A stretch of DNA of 56,699 nt, the filler included, from Streblomastix strix (taxonomy: Eukaryota), in assembly GCA_008636045.1 (NCBI GenBank). It is 3 parts of 3 records of this genome, joined end to end, with 100 filler letters (N's around TTAATTAATTAA, not from the genome) between each part and the next. Parts side by side here need not be neighbours in the genome. Positions count along the whole stretch, not along the records: positions 1 to 18,838 come from SNRW01000577.1; positions 18,939 to 37,769 come from SNRW01000578.1; 1 more part is not named here. One strand, written 5' to 3'. The position numbers and the translations under genes are program-made. Of the stretch, positions 13,220-25,774 are shown one piece after another. Numbering within the stretch: position 1 is the stretch's first letter; each line of letters opens with the position of its first letter. The notes under the pieces were generated by a model, which saw only the letters and a program-made list of their open reading frames with translations, searched no databases and had not been told where the DNA came from.

Positions 13220-16200
13220 AAATTGACTATTAGCTGAATAATAATTAGCCTAATTTTGACGAATCATATTATGAACCACAAGCATAATAGAGAAAATCTC
13301 ACTGGCAAATTGCTAATAATCGAAAGAAAATGAGAATGATTGTAGATGCAGAAATTGAATAGATTTAAATCACTGTAAGTTAAAAATCTGTTTAACATAC
13401 AGATTCTTCTCCTGACAATATTTAAAATCAGAATTTAGCATCATTTATAAATAACTTCTTTGAAAATCATCGAATAAAATTGTGTTTAAATTCTTTGTAA
13501 AATACTTCTAATCCTGTTAATTTAAATCAAATTTAGAATGAGATAAAATCTTCTTTTAAAATTAAAGGTATTGATGACAACAATAACTTATTACTGCCAT
13601 CGAATTATAATAGATAAATCCTGGATGAAAATTTAAATGGAATCAGATAATAACCAGTTTCAAATTCATCTGTCAAAGAAAATATTGAAGATAAACCTAA
13701 GTATAATTCACGTGCAAATGCAAGATAGTTAATGATTAATGCTATTGAATAATTACAATCACAATAAAGATAAAGAAGAAATAGTAGTTTACAGCATAAT
13801 TGTGGCGAATTCATTCTTATATGCAGTAAATGTGGTGTTCAAAATTTCAGGTCACAGATTATTAAGGAAAGACAACATTTAGTGATTTCTGCAATGATGG
13901 AAAAGTTTCACATCCATCAATACCTGAATATAATAGAGTAATGAAGAAGGTTTTTAACGTAATTCATCCTAAACACTTAAATTTCATGGATAACGTAAGA
14001 AATTTCAATTCCGCTCTTGCATGCGCTTCCTTCATTGGAAATATTCAAGTTATCCCCGGAATGGGGCTATATGTATTAAGATTTCAAGATATTCAAATGG
14101 TTAAAATGGGATTGTTATTTTCAAATGATTTCAAACCTTCGTTTTCTTGGTAATATATAGTTGATACAAGAGAAGCATGTTGAAGAAGAATTTCTAATAT
14201 ATAGCAAATGAAAAATATGATAAAGATTTAATGACTGAACTAAGCTATTAGATGGAAGCTACTAATCCTATTGCTATTACGTTCAGAACTATGAGATATA
14301 TACTAGATGAAGAAAATGAAATTGCATAAAATGAAGGAAAAGCATCATAGGATCTCCAGCTATTTTTATGAAAAAAGGACTTGAATTAACTGAGAAAGTT
14401 TATTCTCTACCTTCTGCTGATGAAATGGCTGCAGTTAGCGCATCAACCGACGAAGGCGAGTTCCAAATAGCTTCATATGCATTATTTCCAAAGCATGGAG
14501 GTCTGAAATATACTAGTGTATCTGATCCAACAAGAGATAGAATGCTTTTCCCAGTATTGTTTCCTAAAGGAGACAGAAGTTGGAGTAATGGAGATTTAAA
14601 GATAACTATTGAAGAAAGGAAATAAATAGAAGAAATCTAAGAGAAAAATCACGACTTAAATGATGTGGATGAAGAAAATATGGATGTTCCAAATTAAAAT
14701 GTTGATGGAATTTAGAAGAAAAGTATTTCCTAAAGTGAATATTTTGGATATAGAATTTCTAGGACCAGCTTTTCTCCAATGCATCTTTTAGGAAAGCTTT
14801 CCTAAAAAAATTTGATATATGCTGATTTATCTGTAGTTTTAAGTAGACTAAATTGGGTCAAAAATCATCAGTAGACATTACGTGTAGAAACATTTAAAAG
14901 ATTGCCAGATTACATTAACAGATTGATGACTCAAGTAGGAGTTCTATCAGATGAACGATTTGTCCTTCCAAATTCTTTTCAAGGAAATAAAAGCAATTAG
15001 ACGCAATATTATTTTGATTCAATGACTTTACTTATAGAATATAATCATCCTGACCTTTTGATAACTTTTACAGCGAACCTATGATGGGAGAAAATAGAAA
15101 GTATCTTTAGAGATGACCCACAACAAATCATCCCGATATAGTACGCAAAGTGATACTTATTAAATTTCATGAACTTTTAGAAGTTCTAATAAAACACCAT
15201 ATTCTTGGAACGCTTTCATGTTAATGCCATAGGATAGAATTTCAAAAGCGAAGTTTTGCTCATGCACATATTCTCCTTACATTTTCATAGAGAGATAAAC
15301 TTAATATAATTGAAAAGATAGATAATTTAAAATCTGCAGAAATTTCAAATATGGACTAAGACGCTGAGCTACACAACGTCATTTTTAGACATATTATTCA
15401 TAGAGAATACCATGAAGGAAGTGAATGTTGGGAAGATCATGTACGCAAAAAAGGCTTTCCTAAGATTTTCTGTGTGTTTACAATACTTGCAGATAATGAA
15501 TACCCATCATACTAACGAAAAGACGATTCTGCTGATGCTGTAGCAGGAAATTATTAAAATAATTGTTGATTTATTCGATATAACAGAACTTTATTATTAA
15601 AGTACAATGCGTATATTAATATTGAACCTTGTACTTCTTTAAAAAGCGTTAAATATGGTTTTAAATATGTATTTAAACCCTCAGATAGATCAAGATATTA
15701 GGTTATTTCAAATTCAAATGAAGATGGAAATCCAAAAAAAAGTAAGCGTAGATGATGTTCAGAATTAAATTGATGGTTTTTATATGAGTGCACATGAAGT
15801 ATATATGAAGATTATGGAAATTGTTCTTCAAAAACTTTCACATTAGGTAATTAGATTAACAATTCATCTTCCGAAAGAATAATTTATTTACTTTAAAGAA
15901 GATAATTGAACAGCAGCAGTGGCAAATCTAAATTTTAATAATACAACTTTAACTGCTTTCTTTGAGCTAAATTAAAAGAGCTAATAATTATACGGAAATA
16001 ATAATATTGAATATTTATATGATTCCCGAAAATATACATATGATCAAATTCCGAAACACTTTACATTTGATATGTATAATAAAATATGGAAGCTTAAGCT
16101 TAGTTGGAAAAGAACTATCGGTAGAATATACAACGTTTCACCAAAGGACTAAGAGCTTTTTTGTATTAAAGATCTTATTTTTCATAAAAAAAACCTATTA

Positions 16201-17920
16201 TCATTTGAAAATTTGAGACAATTTGGTGATATTTAATATAAATCTTACAAAAACGCTACATCAGCACGTGGATTATTATAAGATGATTTGTTATTATGAA
16301 ATACAATGTTAGATGCTTGCACATTTAGAATGCCTTCTGTTTTAAGATATCTTCATTTTACTTTAATTAAAGAATGCTCTCCTCAAAATCTTTCATAGTA
16401 ACTTGCAGAATTCGTAAAGTAGTTCTCTGATGATTTCTTATTTTAAAGATAGATAATTAATGGTACATTTGGATAATTACCAACAGAAAATGAAATTTAA
16501 TTAGTAAAAGAGAAAGCTTTTTGTGATCTAGAAAATATATAATAAAATCCTGTAATTAATCTTCGACATCTCTTAAAATAGGCCGAAATTCAAAATTATG
16601 TAACTATTAATTAGTTATAGATAGGTCAAATTTAAGATTCAATGAATCAATAACTCAATAAATTAAATGAAGATTAAGAAGAAATTGTGTTATTGGTAAT
16701 TGGAATATTAAATAATTAATTTTCATAGTATTCTCGACTTATTTTTGTTGATGGTCCTGTAACAACAGGAAAAACGTTTTTTACAATATCATTAACAAAA
16801 TATCCAACTTAAAAGGAAAAAATTCTTAACTGTGCATGGATAGGAATTGCAGCTTACTTATTGCCCTAAGGATAAAGCTCCCACTGTCTTAACATACTTC
16901 CTGTACCGCTTAATTCATCAAAAAATTCTTCAAAAATCACAAAAACGAAAAATAAGCAACTGTGGAATTAATTATAATAAGTGGATGCGATAATATGGGA
17001 TGAAGCGCCTATGGCAAGTAAGTGGGATATTGAATCAGTTGATAAAAAATTAAAAAAATAAGAAAAATTGATAAAAATTTTGAAGATATTCTTATGATTT
17101 TTAAGAAGAGATTTCAGATAAGTTTTATCAATAATAAAATATGGTGGGCGTAATGAGTAAGTGATGGCATCAATTCAGAAATCTCAGTTATGGAGAAAAT
17201 TTTATTGTCAGAAGTTGAAGATAAACATGAGATCAGAGGATGGTTCGGAAGAATTTTCAACTTTTTTAATGTAAATTGGAAATGAAACAATGTAGTCGGA
17301 CAAAAGTAGAATGGTAAACATTCCTGCAATTTGCATGAGCTAAGATAATATGATTAGAGACATTTTTGGAGATGAAATTAAGAAGAACAATTAGTAAGCA
17401 AACGATATTATATTGTGCACAATGAATAGCGATTCGGATGGTGTAAATGATTGTGTACTTAAACAACTTGAGGGTGACTTGATCCAATTACTCAGTTCAG
17501 ATAAAGCAACAATGAAAAACGGGGAATCGTTAGACAAAATTACCAGAGGCGTGCTTAAAAATCTAAGTCCAGCTGCACTTCCTTCTCATAATCTTAACAT
17601 AAAAATTGAGGCGCCTTTTATGCTTCTTAGAAATATGAACATAAAGTTAGGTTTATGCAATGGAACTCGGTTAGAAGTTATTGCTATAAAACCATCAATC
17701 ATTCCATGCAATTTATTAATTGGACCAACTGCATGAACTTCAGTTTCAGTTCCAAAAATGGATATCACTTCAACAGAAACAGATTATCCATTTATTTTTA
17801 CATCGCCATTAATTTCCATTGAAACATTGTTATGCCATGACAACCAATTAATCTCAAGGATTGACATTGAATAAAGTTGGAATAAATCTTAGATAATAAG
17901 TATTTACTAATGGATTCTAA
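13220..17920 (+). pseudogene. Helitron Rep (HUH, Y2) / Pif1 helicase, frameshifted
   Basis: HPDLLITFTAN; RIEFQKRSFAHAHILL (HUH 15261-15269); KSVKYGFKYVFK (Tyr 15654 and 15666); FVDGPVTTGKT; IIWDEAPM; PFMLLRNMNIKLGLCNGTRL; SQGLTLNKVGI. Confidence 0.92.
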
Positions 17921-18081
17921 GAAAAAATAAATTAATCAAGTGAAAAATAATTAAAAAAAATAAAATAATTTTTATAAAAATTTTATTTTCATTTTTAATT
18001 ATATTACAATAAATTTTGAAAATATATGCTTATTAACTGTTAATATTAATAATTTTTATTCAATTTTAAATTTATTTATTT

Positions 18082-18110
18082 TGCCGCATTTGCGGCAGGT
18101 TTCCCACTAG
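18082..18110 (+). terminator. Helitron 3' hairpin and CTAG terminus
   Basis: 7-bp GC-rich inverted repeat 9 nt upstream of CTAG. Confidence 0.85.
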
Positions 18111-18347
18111 TTATTTTAATCTAAAATTTTTTTTACTAAAAAATTACCATAAAAAGACTTAATATGTTTAATATATAAGAAAAAAATAAATATTATTTTT
18201 TTGTTTATTTAAATTTTTTTTGTAATATGTAAACAAATAGCATTTTGAACCATAATTTAAATAATAAAATTCAAATTATTTTTTTTATTCTATTCAATGA
18301 GTATTACATTTATTTAACCATAATGATATTAATTATTTATATTTTAG

Positions 18348-18730
18348 ATTATGTTTGGAGGAAATCACATTGATTTTTATAATAGCGATGTGTTAACTGA
18401 TCTTATTGAAGATGGAGTTTATTATGATCTTACTTTAGCGTAGCAGAAAAAATAAAAGAAAAAGAAGGAAATTAAAGATGAATGGCAACTTGAGATTGAA
18501 AATGCCTTAAGATAAAAGACACGAAAGAAGAAGAAATCATTTAGAACAAGAGTTTTTGTATGATAAATTAATATTTTTATTTATTTACTGTTAATTTTTA
18601 TTAATTATTTTAATTAAATTTAAATCCAATAAATAATAAATATGATTTTATTTTAATTTTTTATTAAACAGGAAAAATTTGATTATGACAAGCAAATCAA
18701 GGAAGCAAAGTATTTATAAGTGCTGAGAGA
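18348..18730 (+). CDS. Probable internal exons of an unknown host gene, cut off by the contig end
   Basis: Open frame ..DVLTDLIEDGVYYDLTL..KSFRTRVF, GTATGA donor at 18558, CAG acceptor at 18671, then EKFDYDKQIKEAK. Confidence 0.4.
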
Positions 18731-18838
18731 TTTATTTTATGAATATTAAATAAATAAAAATATTAATTTATCATACAAAAACTCTTGTTCTAAATGATTT
18801 CTTCTTCTTTCGTGTCTTTTATCTTAAGGCATTTTCAA

Positions 18839-18938
18839 NNNNNNNNNNNNNNNNNNNNNNNNNNNNNNNNNNNNNNNNNNNNTTAATTAATTAANNNNNN
18901 NNNNNNNNNNNNNNNNNNNNNNNNNNNNNNNNNNNNNN
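18839..18938. other. Assembly spacer N44-TTAATTAATTAA-N44
   Basis: Artificial six-frame stop linker inside an N run. Confidence 0.97.
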
Positions 18939-19050
18939 TATTCCACTGTTCAAATAATTAGTTCTATTTAGCCCTTAAACTCCTGCCTCAATTAAATCCG
19001 TTTATTTTTTAACTGAGTCATAGACATACGATTATGCTTCAAATTATCCA

Positions 19051-20250
19051 CCTGAAGCAAGACCAAAATAGGGTGATTAAGTGATTGCATTAGTTGGAAC
19101 CGATGCTCCCAATAAATATAATATATTTTGTTATATCGATTAAAGGGGGCCATTTATTATAAGTTCTCGGTTGTTACCGTCAAATACTGCTCTCGTGCTC
19201 AATATAACATATTATAAAAATTATAAATCTTCAAAGAAAATAAATTATGATGCCAATAATGATGGAAAAATAGACATTAAGGACACGTGGATTGTTAATG
19301 GAAAAGGATAATTTGAAGCATAATCGTATGTCTATGACTCAGTTAAAAAATAAACGGATTTAATTGAGGCAGGAGTTTAAGGGCTAAATAGAACTAATTA
19401 TTTGAACAGTGGAATAAAATTAGTGGATGAATTAGCGATATATAAAGCAGATAGAGCAGCATATTTTATTAAAGACGGTCCATTTATCGTATATAGCTTT
19501 GGAGCAAAATTGGCACAATTAGGCGTAAATTAAGAAGCATAATAAAAATTATATTAATTATTTTCGACATTCAGCAAAAAATTACTACCATCAAATACGA
19601 AATATATGCCTATTCATGTCGAACAATAGGAATTTTCTGCTATGTGTTTGTTCAAGGACATATATGATAAGTCGTCAGCAGTATAGGTGGCCGTTAGTGA
19701 ATAATTAAATATGCTAGATTGTGAATTTCAAGGAACATATATACTTGATAACTATGCGAACAACACAAACGCCAACGAGTCAGAACCTGAAGATGTAGAA
19801 TCTCACATCGACGAAGTAATAATAAAACATGAAAAATAATTAGGTTCATCGCCACAACCACAATATACGATAACAAATGTCTATAATTAGTTTATGATAA
19901 ATGATTTTTTCCCTTCATCAGCATATAATACATTCTATATCGTCGATGACGGCATTTGTAGGGTATGCGTTTTCAATCTATATTTCGAATCTAAAGGTTT
20001 AGATTGGAGAACGTAAGAGGCTGGTCGTATTCCTGATTCTGTAATACCTGCAGATGGTAAAAGCTTGGGCTTCCCTGCGGCTGTATATAGAACAAATGGC
20101 GGAAGATAGAATAATTTTTCAGTGAATTATTTTATTGTAAATGCTTAATTTAAAATGTTATACTTTTAATTATCAGAACCATAAGAGTCAATACCAACGG
20201 ATTTCGATGATGTCTTTAAATATTTTGCTAGTGGAATGTATTATTTGTGA
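19051..20250 (+). CDS. 5'-truncated beta-rich protein, putative virion fibre/receptor-binding protein
   Basis: 400 codons open with TAA/TAG=Gln; PEARPK, LLPSNT and RIPDSVIP segments recall fibre-head repeats; EF-hand-like loop DANNDGKIDIKD at 19249-19284; function inferred. Confidence 0.55.
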
Positions 20251-20400
20251 AAAACATTAATAAAATTTTTGAATAATTGAATGTTTCATATGCTTAGAGC
20301 CGCAGCCTGCTTACGAAATAGGCGGAGGTTTAACGATATGCATCGAGTCATAAAACATCAATAAAATTTATGAAATTGACACGAGAAATATGAACAGTTA

Positions 20401-20490
20401 ATGAATGGCCTTTGACTGCACCGAGTGCATCGAGTGCATCGGGTCAAAAACTTTTATAAAAAGCTGTAGTCAACTGGACAACTGGCCAAT
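20401..20490 (+). repeat. 90-bp module-boundary repeat, copy 1 (forward)
   Basis: ATGAATGGC..TGCACCGAG TGCATCGAG TGCATCGGG TCAAAAACTTTTATAAAAAGCTG..TGGACAAC TGGCCAAT. Confidence 0.97.
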
Positions 20491-20552
20491 AAATGATAAA
20501 AAATAAATATTCCTGACAATTAATGAATTGAATATATTTTTTATATTTTTTT

Positions 20553-20864
20553 TTGATTCTATAATTATATTCTTCGACCTTGTATATCAATTGGTAATTT
20601 TTATCTTAAATATTCGTCATTTCTTAACGTTTCAAAATCTTATCTAAATTAACCATTTTTATCCGCACCATAGCCATAATCAAGAAATGAACTAGCTATA
20701 TCTTACCCTTTGCCTATTGTTTAACCGATTGGACCCAGTGCTCCAAGATTCGGTTTAGCAAATGGTTTTATGAATGGTTTATAAACGTTATCATTAACCA
20801 ATTAAAGACCTTTCCCTGCTTTTTGAACTAATTATTTGATTTTTGAAAATATGCCTACAGCCAT
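20553..20864 (-). CDS. Small protein with an N-terminal amphipathic helix (possible membrane-lytic virion protein)
   Basis: MAVGIFSKIKQLVQKAGKGLQLVNDNVYKPFIKPFAKPNLGALGPIG..; ~104 protein-like codons; no TGA at the expected end, so the 3' limit is uncertain. Confidence 0.6.
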
Positions 20865-20946
20865 GATTTACTTGTAATAAAAATAAAATTTTACGTATAT
20901 TATTTTCTATTTGAATAAATGATTTTTTAATAATGTTTTCTTATTT

Positions 20947-21036
20947 ATTGTCCAATTGTCCAGTTGGCCACAGCATTTTATAAAAGTTTCTGACTCGATG
21001 TACTCGATGCACTCGGTGCAGTTAAAAGTCATTCAT
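20947..21036 (-). repeat. 90-bp module-boundary repeat, copy 2 (reverse)
   Basis: Reverse complement of the copy 1 consensus, no indels. Confidence 0.97.
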
Positions 21037-21160
21037 AACCTATTCCATTTATGCGTGCCAAAATATCGCTTTTTCATCAATGATTTTTCCAATTATCAAC
21101 GTTTTTACATTTCTTTAAGTATTTATTTAATTATTTCAATTTTTTTATTGAATGTAAAAG

Positions 21161-22873
21161 ATGAATATATTTCTAATGAATGCCACACATTTACAACAAG
21201 CAGGAACCATTGAAGAAACATTGTTAGGTAATGCTGTCGTTCCATTCACTAATGACGGAGAACATCATTAATCAATCAAGGAAATCAAACCAGAATCTTA
21301 AATGCTTGCGTTATTTGATAAAGAGATTATTATAAGTTTATCAGATACGGACCACAACATCACATAGATATAAAATTCGTTCTTGTCGATAGTGCTAACG
21401 GCTAATATTTATCTTGATGATAAATTTGATAAAATTGACGAATCATATAAAGACGGATTGGTTCTATTCGTAGGTCTCAAATCACGTTCAAATCTTATTC
21501 GCGAATATATCATCTACTATAGAGGTAAAACCATCGATGGAAGCCTATAGAATGATGCAACGACAGAATCATTCATTTATAACACAATCAAGTCAAAAAG
21601 TGAGAAAAAAAATAGAAAACATATACATTTTTTATATGAGAATATTCATAAATTTGATACGTCAGCATGTGGAACATATATAAGTATACGAGAGATTGAA
21701 GAGCAAATAGGAAATCAAACAGCTGTTCCATACACAATTCCAATTCGTTTCAGAGTCAGTATTCCACTTGATGACCTCTTGATATTCTCAGACTTCATTG
21801 ACTATCCTAATGGCTTATTTGGAGATTTAAAAATAAAATTCAAAATTAATCCTCATGCATTCGTTTTCTGTTAAATGAATCCAATTATTTCAATGGCTAA
21901 ATATTATACAATGAATAAAGATGAATTATTGGGTAGTAGTCAGTAGAAGCTAATGGATATCGATTTTATGTTCAGAAATTGGAGTTTGACATTCCAATAT
22001 ACCAAATAATTTATATAATTGGGATGCACTGCTGACTTGATAACAGGACTACATGCGGAGCCATTAACTGAGTAAGGATTGAAAAACTCAGTATGCGACA
22101 TCAAACCTGTTACCATAAGCATAAAAAATTATGTCATAACAGAGGTAACTGCTAACATGGCAGGTTATAAAGCTACTGATGCATGTCTTAACCGAGTCCG
22201 TTAATTCTACAGCCAACGTTCATTTGTGGTTCCCGCTCAACGTGTGGAAGTATGGCCATTTCCAACGTCTGCTACTTTAACGGGAATACAAACATCTTAA
22301 AACATTCCACTGTCTCACATAACCGATTTCTGACAGCTATTTCCGAAAGATGCAAGAGCAACGATTTGCTTTGAAAATCCTTGCTATCAGAACATGCAAA
22401 TAACCACCTGCGGAAGTAATTTCCCAGATATGCCTATGAATGCGCTTGACCAATAATTCTTCTAATTATAACTCAATGCGTCAAATCTTGACCTGTTATT
22501 CGAAGCAACTGATGAATTCGAAGATGCTTTGACTACACCAAGAAATACAGTAACTCGAAGATTGAACCCTCATACTGATTTAACGAGCTTTTTGATAACT
22601 CTTTAATGTGAAAGGAACAACAACGGAGCATTAACTTTTTACGGACTAGACACTCAGAACAAAAATACATCTGTCGAACTCAGAGGAGCACCAATATATC
22701 AAGGAGCAACAGATTCATATTATAATGTAGATACCAGCGGAAAGAGACCGCCACCTCCTATTTTATGCACAGATCATGATACATTTTGGTTGTTTTCACC
22801 TGCTGCGGGCGGAAGCTGCATATACGATACAAACCATTCATTTGATGAGGTAATTGGACCGCTTACAGGATGA
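21161..22873 (+). pseudogene. Probable double jelly-roll major capsid protein, one premature TGA
   Basis: 570 codons in one frame, TGA at 22331; beta-rich (RFRVSIPLDDL..YPNGLFGDLKIKFKIN; SFLITLQCER..GLDT..SVELRG); size and context fit an MCP, fold not verified. Confidence 0.7.
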
Positions 22874-23014
22874 ACGAACTAATCCGTTTATGTTTATACA
22901 TTTTTTATTTTTTTATTTATATATATAACTAATATCTAAAGATTAATAATTTGGTTAATTAAATAGGTCATTAATTATAAGCACATTAATTACTATTTAC
23001 TTATTTACTTATAA

Positions 23015-23410
23015 ATGGCTTCAAATATGACTTCAGCATAAAACTTAAAATATTAAACTTTGAAATAAGATGAAGGAGTTGTAATCGGAGAAAATGGTTA
23101 AAATGGAGTTAGTTTTGCATTATCATATGCGTTTGTAAATTCTGATAATTAAAGAAAAATAATATTTTGCTAATGTCATTGTTCAAACTAAGGCGCGGAT
23201 GAGGATATTACAGTTCATAGTTCGATGGTTCAAGAAGAATAATATTTCGATTAGTTTGTAGGCTATTGTAATGAATAACGGGTTTATAAGCCTTTCATCC
23301 AATACTCGCACAACAGATATTTATATGTTTGGTTCCGATAAAATTAAGAATTATTGGATATAAATTAAAATTAACTAAAATTTGTTCTGGAGTTGATGCT
23401 GGAATACTGA
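23015..23410 (+). CDS. 131-aa protein, possible minor capsid (single jelly-roll)
   Basis: Intact ORF right after the MCP; C-terminus YLYVWFRQNQELLDINQNQLKFVLELMLEY resembles penton C-terminal strands. Confidence 0.5.
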
Positions 23411-23568
23411 AATAAATTATTTATTTTTCAAAGGACGATTTTTCGTTCCTAGACTTTGAGCCTATATTTGTGTTCAAATCATCCGGCCAATTCGTCCGCT
23501 CATTTTCGAGCGCACGAAAATTAATCGTTTTATTTATATATAAATTCAACTTTTTATCTCTATATAAA

Positions 23569-24441
23569 ATGGAAGCACAAATAGCAACAACTCATTAAAT
23601 TACATCAAACAATGAAACTTTCACTTTTGGCTCTTATATGATGTTCGAATTAATAATTCATGATAAAGATGGATATATTAATGCAACAAAATTAGTTCAA
23701 TAAATCAATGAACGAGAACTTATGAATAAACAATTAAAGAAAATTACATCAACCGCAATGTATAGGGATTACAAGCAATTTTTGTAGTAATAATCGGCTG
23801 GGCCCAAAATGGTCCAGCCCCTTCTTGAGTATCAATTAGTTAATGAATATACAAACAATGTAAGAGGAACATATATCCATAAAGATTTAATAAACATTAT
23901 ATGTATGAAAACATCGATAAAATATTTATATCTTATTAATTAGATAATGGAAGTAATTAATGAATGCATATAAGTCGCTTACTAAGAAGCATATTAATAA
24001 GATGATTAGAGATCCATGGCTGATATTACAAACGAATAAGTTTAATTAGTTATAGAAGAATAAAAAATAATAATAAATTAAAAAGATTATGAAATAAACC
24101 AACTGAAACCAAGAGCTGTTCCATAAGGTAAAGAAACAACTTATGTTCTAGCCGTTCAATATATAGAAATTGATGATAAAAATAATACAATTTTAAAGGT
24201 TCGAAGAAGAAATAAGAAATAGATTATTCGAAAATTGATGCTGAAATTAAAAGATGCATTGTTATACTATGATTAGGAATGTATTGCTATGACCAAAAAT
24301 GAAGCCATCAAAGAATATTTAAATAAAAATATGGAAGGTATTATATTTAGAGGAACCAAATATATATTCAATGAAGATTTAACTGATGAAGTCATAAATA
24401 AAATTAAAGAATATATGAATTTATAACTTGAACACAAATGA
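23569..24441 (+). CDS. KilA-N domain DNA-binding protein with coiled-coil tail
   Basis: IIHDKDGYINATKL ... VRGTYIHKDL; intact 290 aa. Confidence 0.85.
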
Positions 24442-24475
24442 AAAACATTATTTATTTTATTTTTGCAGAAATTAA

Positions 24476-24835
24476 ATGGAAAGAATATTATTTGATAACA
24501 GAAAAAGCAATTAATTTATTTCAAAATTATAAATAGAAACGGATGAATAGGAAGAAATTCCATTCGAGGAGCGGGTCGAAGGTTAGACTAACGGACATAA
24601 ATATTTTGAGAACTTAAACGATTTAAAATAATTTATTTCCTAAAATTAATAATAATTATTTAAACTAACAACGTAAAAACTAAATAAATTATATAAATTT
24701 GAAGGCTATAAATTATCAAAAATAGAGGGTCAAGTATGTATAAGGACTTCTGCCAAAGATTAATTGAATTTGATTGAGTATAAATTAGACTAGTTTTTGG
24801 ATGTTCAGAACCATTTGGTTTAAGTGCTGAAATGA
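24476..24835 (+). CDS. 119-aa viral hypothetical protein
   Basis: Intact ORF MERILFDNRK..KLNKLYKFEGYKLSK..VQVLK*; stop codon lies at the start of repeat copy 3. Confidence 0.65.
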
Positions 24836-24921
24836 ATGACTTTTGATTGCACGGAGTGCATCGAATGAATCGGGTCAGAAACTTTTATAAAAAGCCATGG
24901 CCAATTGGCCAACTGCCCAAT
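24832..24921 (+). repeat. 90-bp module-boundary repeat, copy 3 (forward)
   Basis: ATGAATGACTTTTGATTGCACGGAG..GTCAGAAACTTTTATAAAAAG..TGCCCAAT. Confidence 0.95.
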
Positions 24922-24945
24922 TTAATTAAAAAAATATTAACGTTT

Positions 24946-25734
24946 TCAAATTATTTTAACTACTGTTCCACTCATTTCATATTATACCACTAATGCTTAT
25001 TATTTAGTTAGTCGTACGTACTCATAGCATATTGTTTCTTTATCTGATGGTATAGAGGATTAATAGAAAAATTAATTAAATTTTAATCTGTTAAATGAAC
25101 CGAAGAACCATAATGTATCAAGATTTGACTTAATCGCAGCATCTAAACCAATAATGTCCTATAAACAAAGGAAGTATGTTATTCTGGGCTACCTGTTCCT
25201 AAATAACTTTTTAAATAGTGTATTATTTTTATTTTTAAATATACTCAGTGCATCGTCAAATAAAACAATCGTATGCGGAAATTTGACGTCAAAATTACCT
25301 TCCGCACTAGCTCCAAACACTTTATTTAATATTTCATTTTTTGATTCTTCAGTTAATTCTTTTTATAATTATTTTTCTTAAATTTCATCATACGCTTATT
25401 TGCAATCTATCATATCATTCAGCACTTAATCCGCTTCAGCATTTGGAATAATTTTTGTAGGGATTTTAATTAAATCCTTCATCTTTTTATAAGTGGTATC
25501 ATTATTTGAGTCGCTGACGTATATGAATAGTGTATAACAGTATTTTTTTAATTAGCTTAATTTTATTAGCTCTTTGAAGACGTTGTATGTCTTACCACTT
25601 CAACGCTAACCTATCAATAAATTTACAGAGTTATATGTAAAATTTAACTCTTTATGAATAATGGTTTAAATTTCGTGCTTATTCACTTTTATTTCTTTTA
25701 AAATATTATCAACTTTTTATGTTAAACTCGTCAT
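24946..25734 (-). pseudogene. A32-like FtsK/HerA genome-packaging ATPase
   Basis: Walker A LLIGQR*SGKT (TGA at 25600-25602), Walker B IVLFDDA, RNRQPRITYFLCLQD; also frameshifted. Confidence 0.85.
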
Positions 25735-25774
25735 TTTTACTATATAAAACTTTTTTTTATCGATAAGAAATAGA

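Larger units (their letters stand above)
12912..18110 (+). mobile_element. Full-length decayed Helitron
   Basis: 5' A|TCTAAC.. at 12912 (best candidate); 3' hairpin TGCCGCA-TT-TGCGGCA (18082-18097) then CTAG|T at 18107-18111; internal RepHel. Confidence 0.85.

Noticed and set aside
18496..18838. Perfect ~90-bp inverted duplication (18496-18587 vs 18747-18838)
   Set aside because: Identical fold-back ending at the contig edge, typical of whole-genome-amplification chimeras
18883..18894. Palindromic TTAATTAATTAA inside N runs (also 37814-37825)
   Set aside because: Artificial scaffold linker; adjacency across these spacers is not treated as biological
18939..19416. Perfect ~110-bp inverted duplication (18939-19049 vs 19306-19416) resembling a TIR
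   Set aside because: Exact copy of internal coding sequence at the contig start; fold-back artefact, not the viral terminus
22331..22333. In-frame TGA in the MCP (also ATPase, integrase and last ORF) as possible recoding
   Set aside because: They replace different expected residues and co-occur with frameshifts, so decay is the simpler explanation
23431..23512. Short hairpins between the minor capsid and KilA-N genes
   Set aside because: Stems of only 5-7 bp, single occurrence
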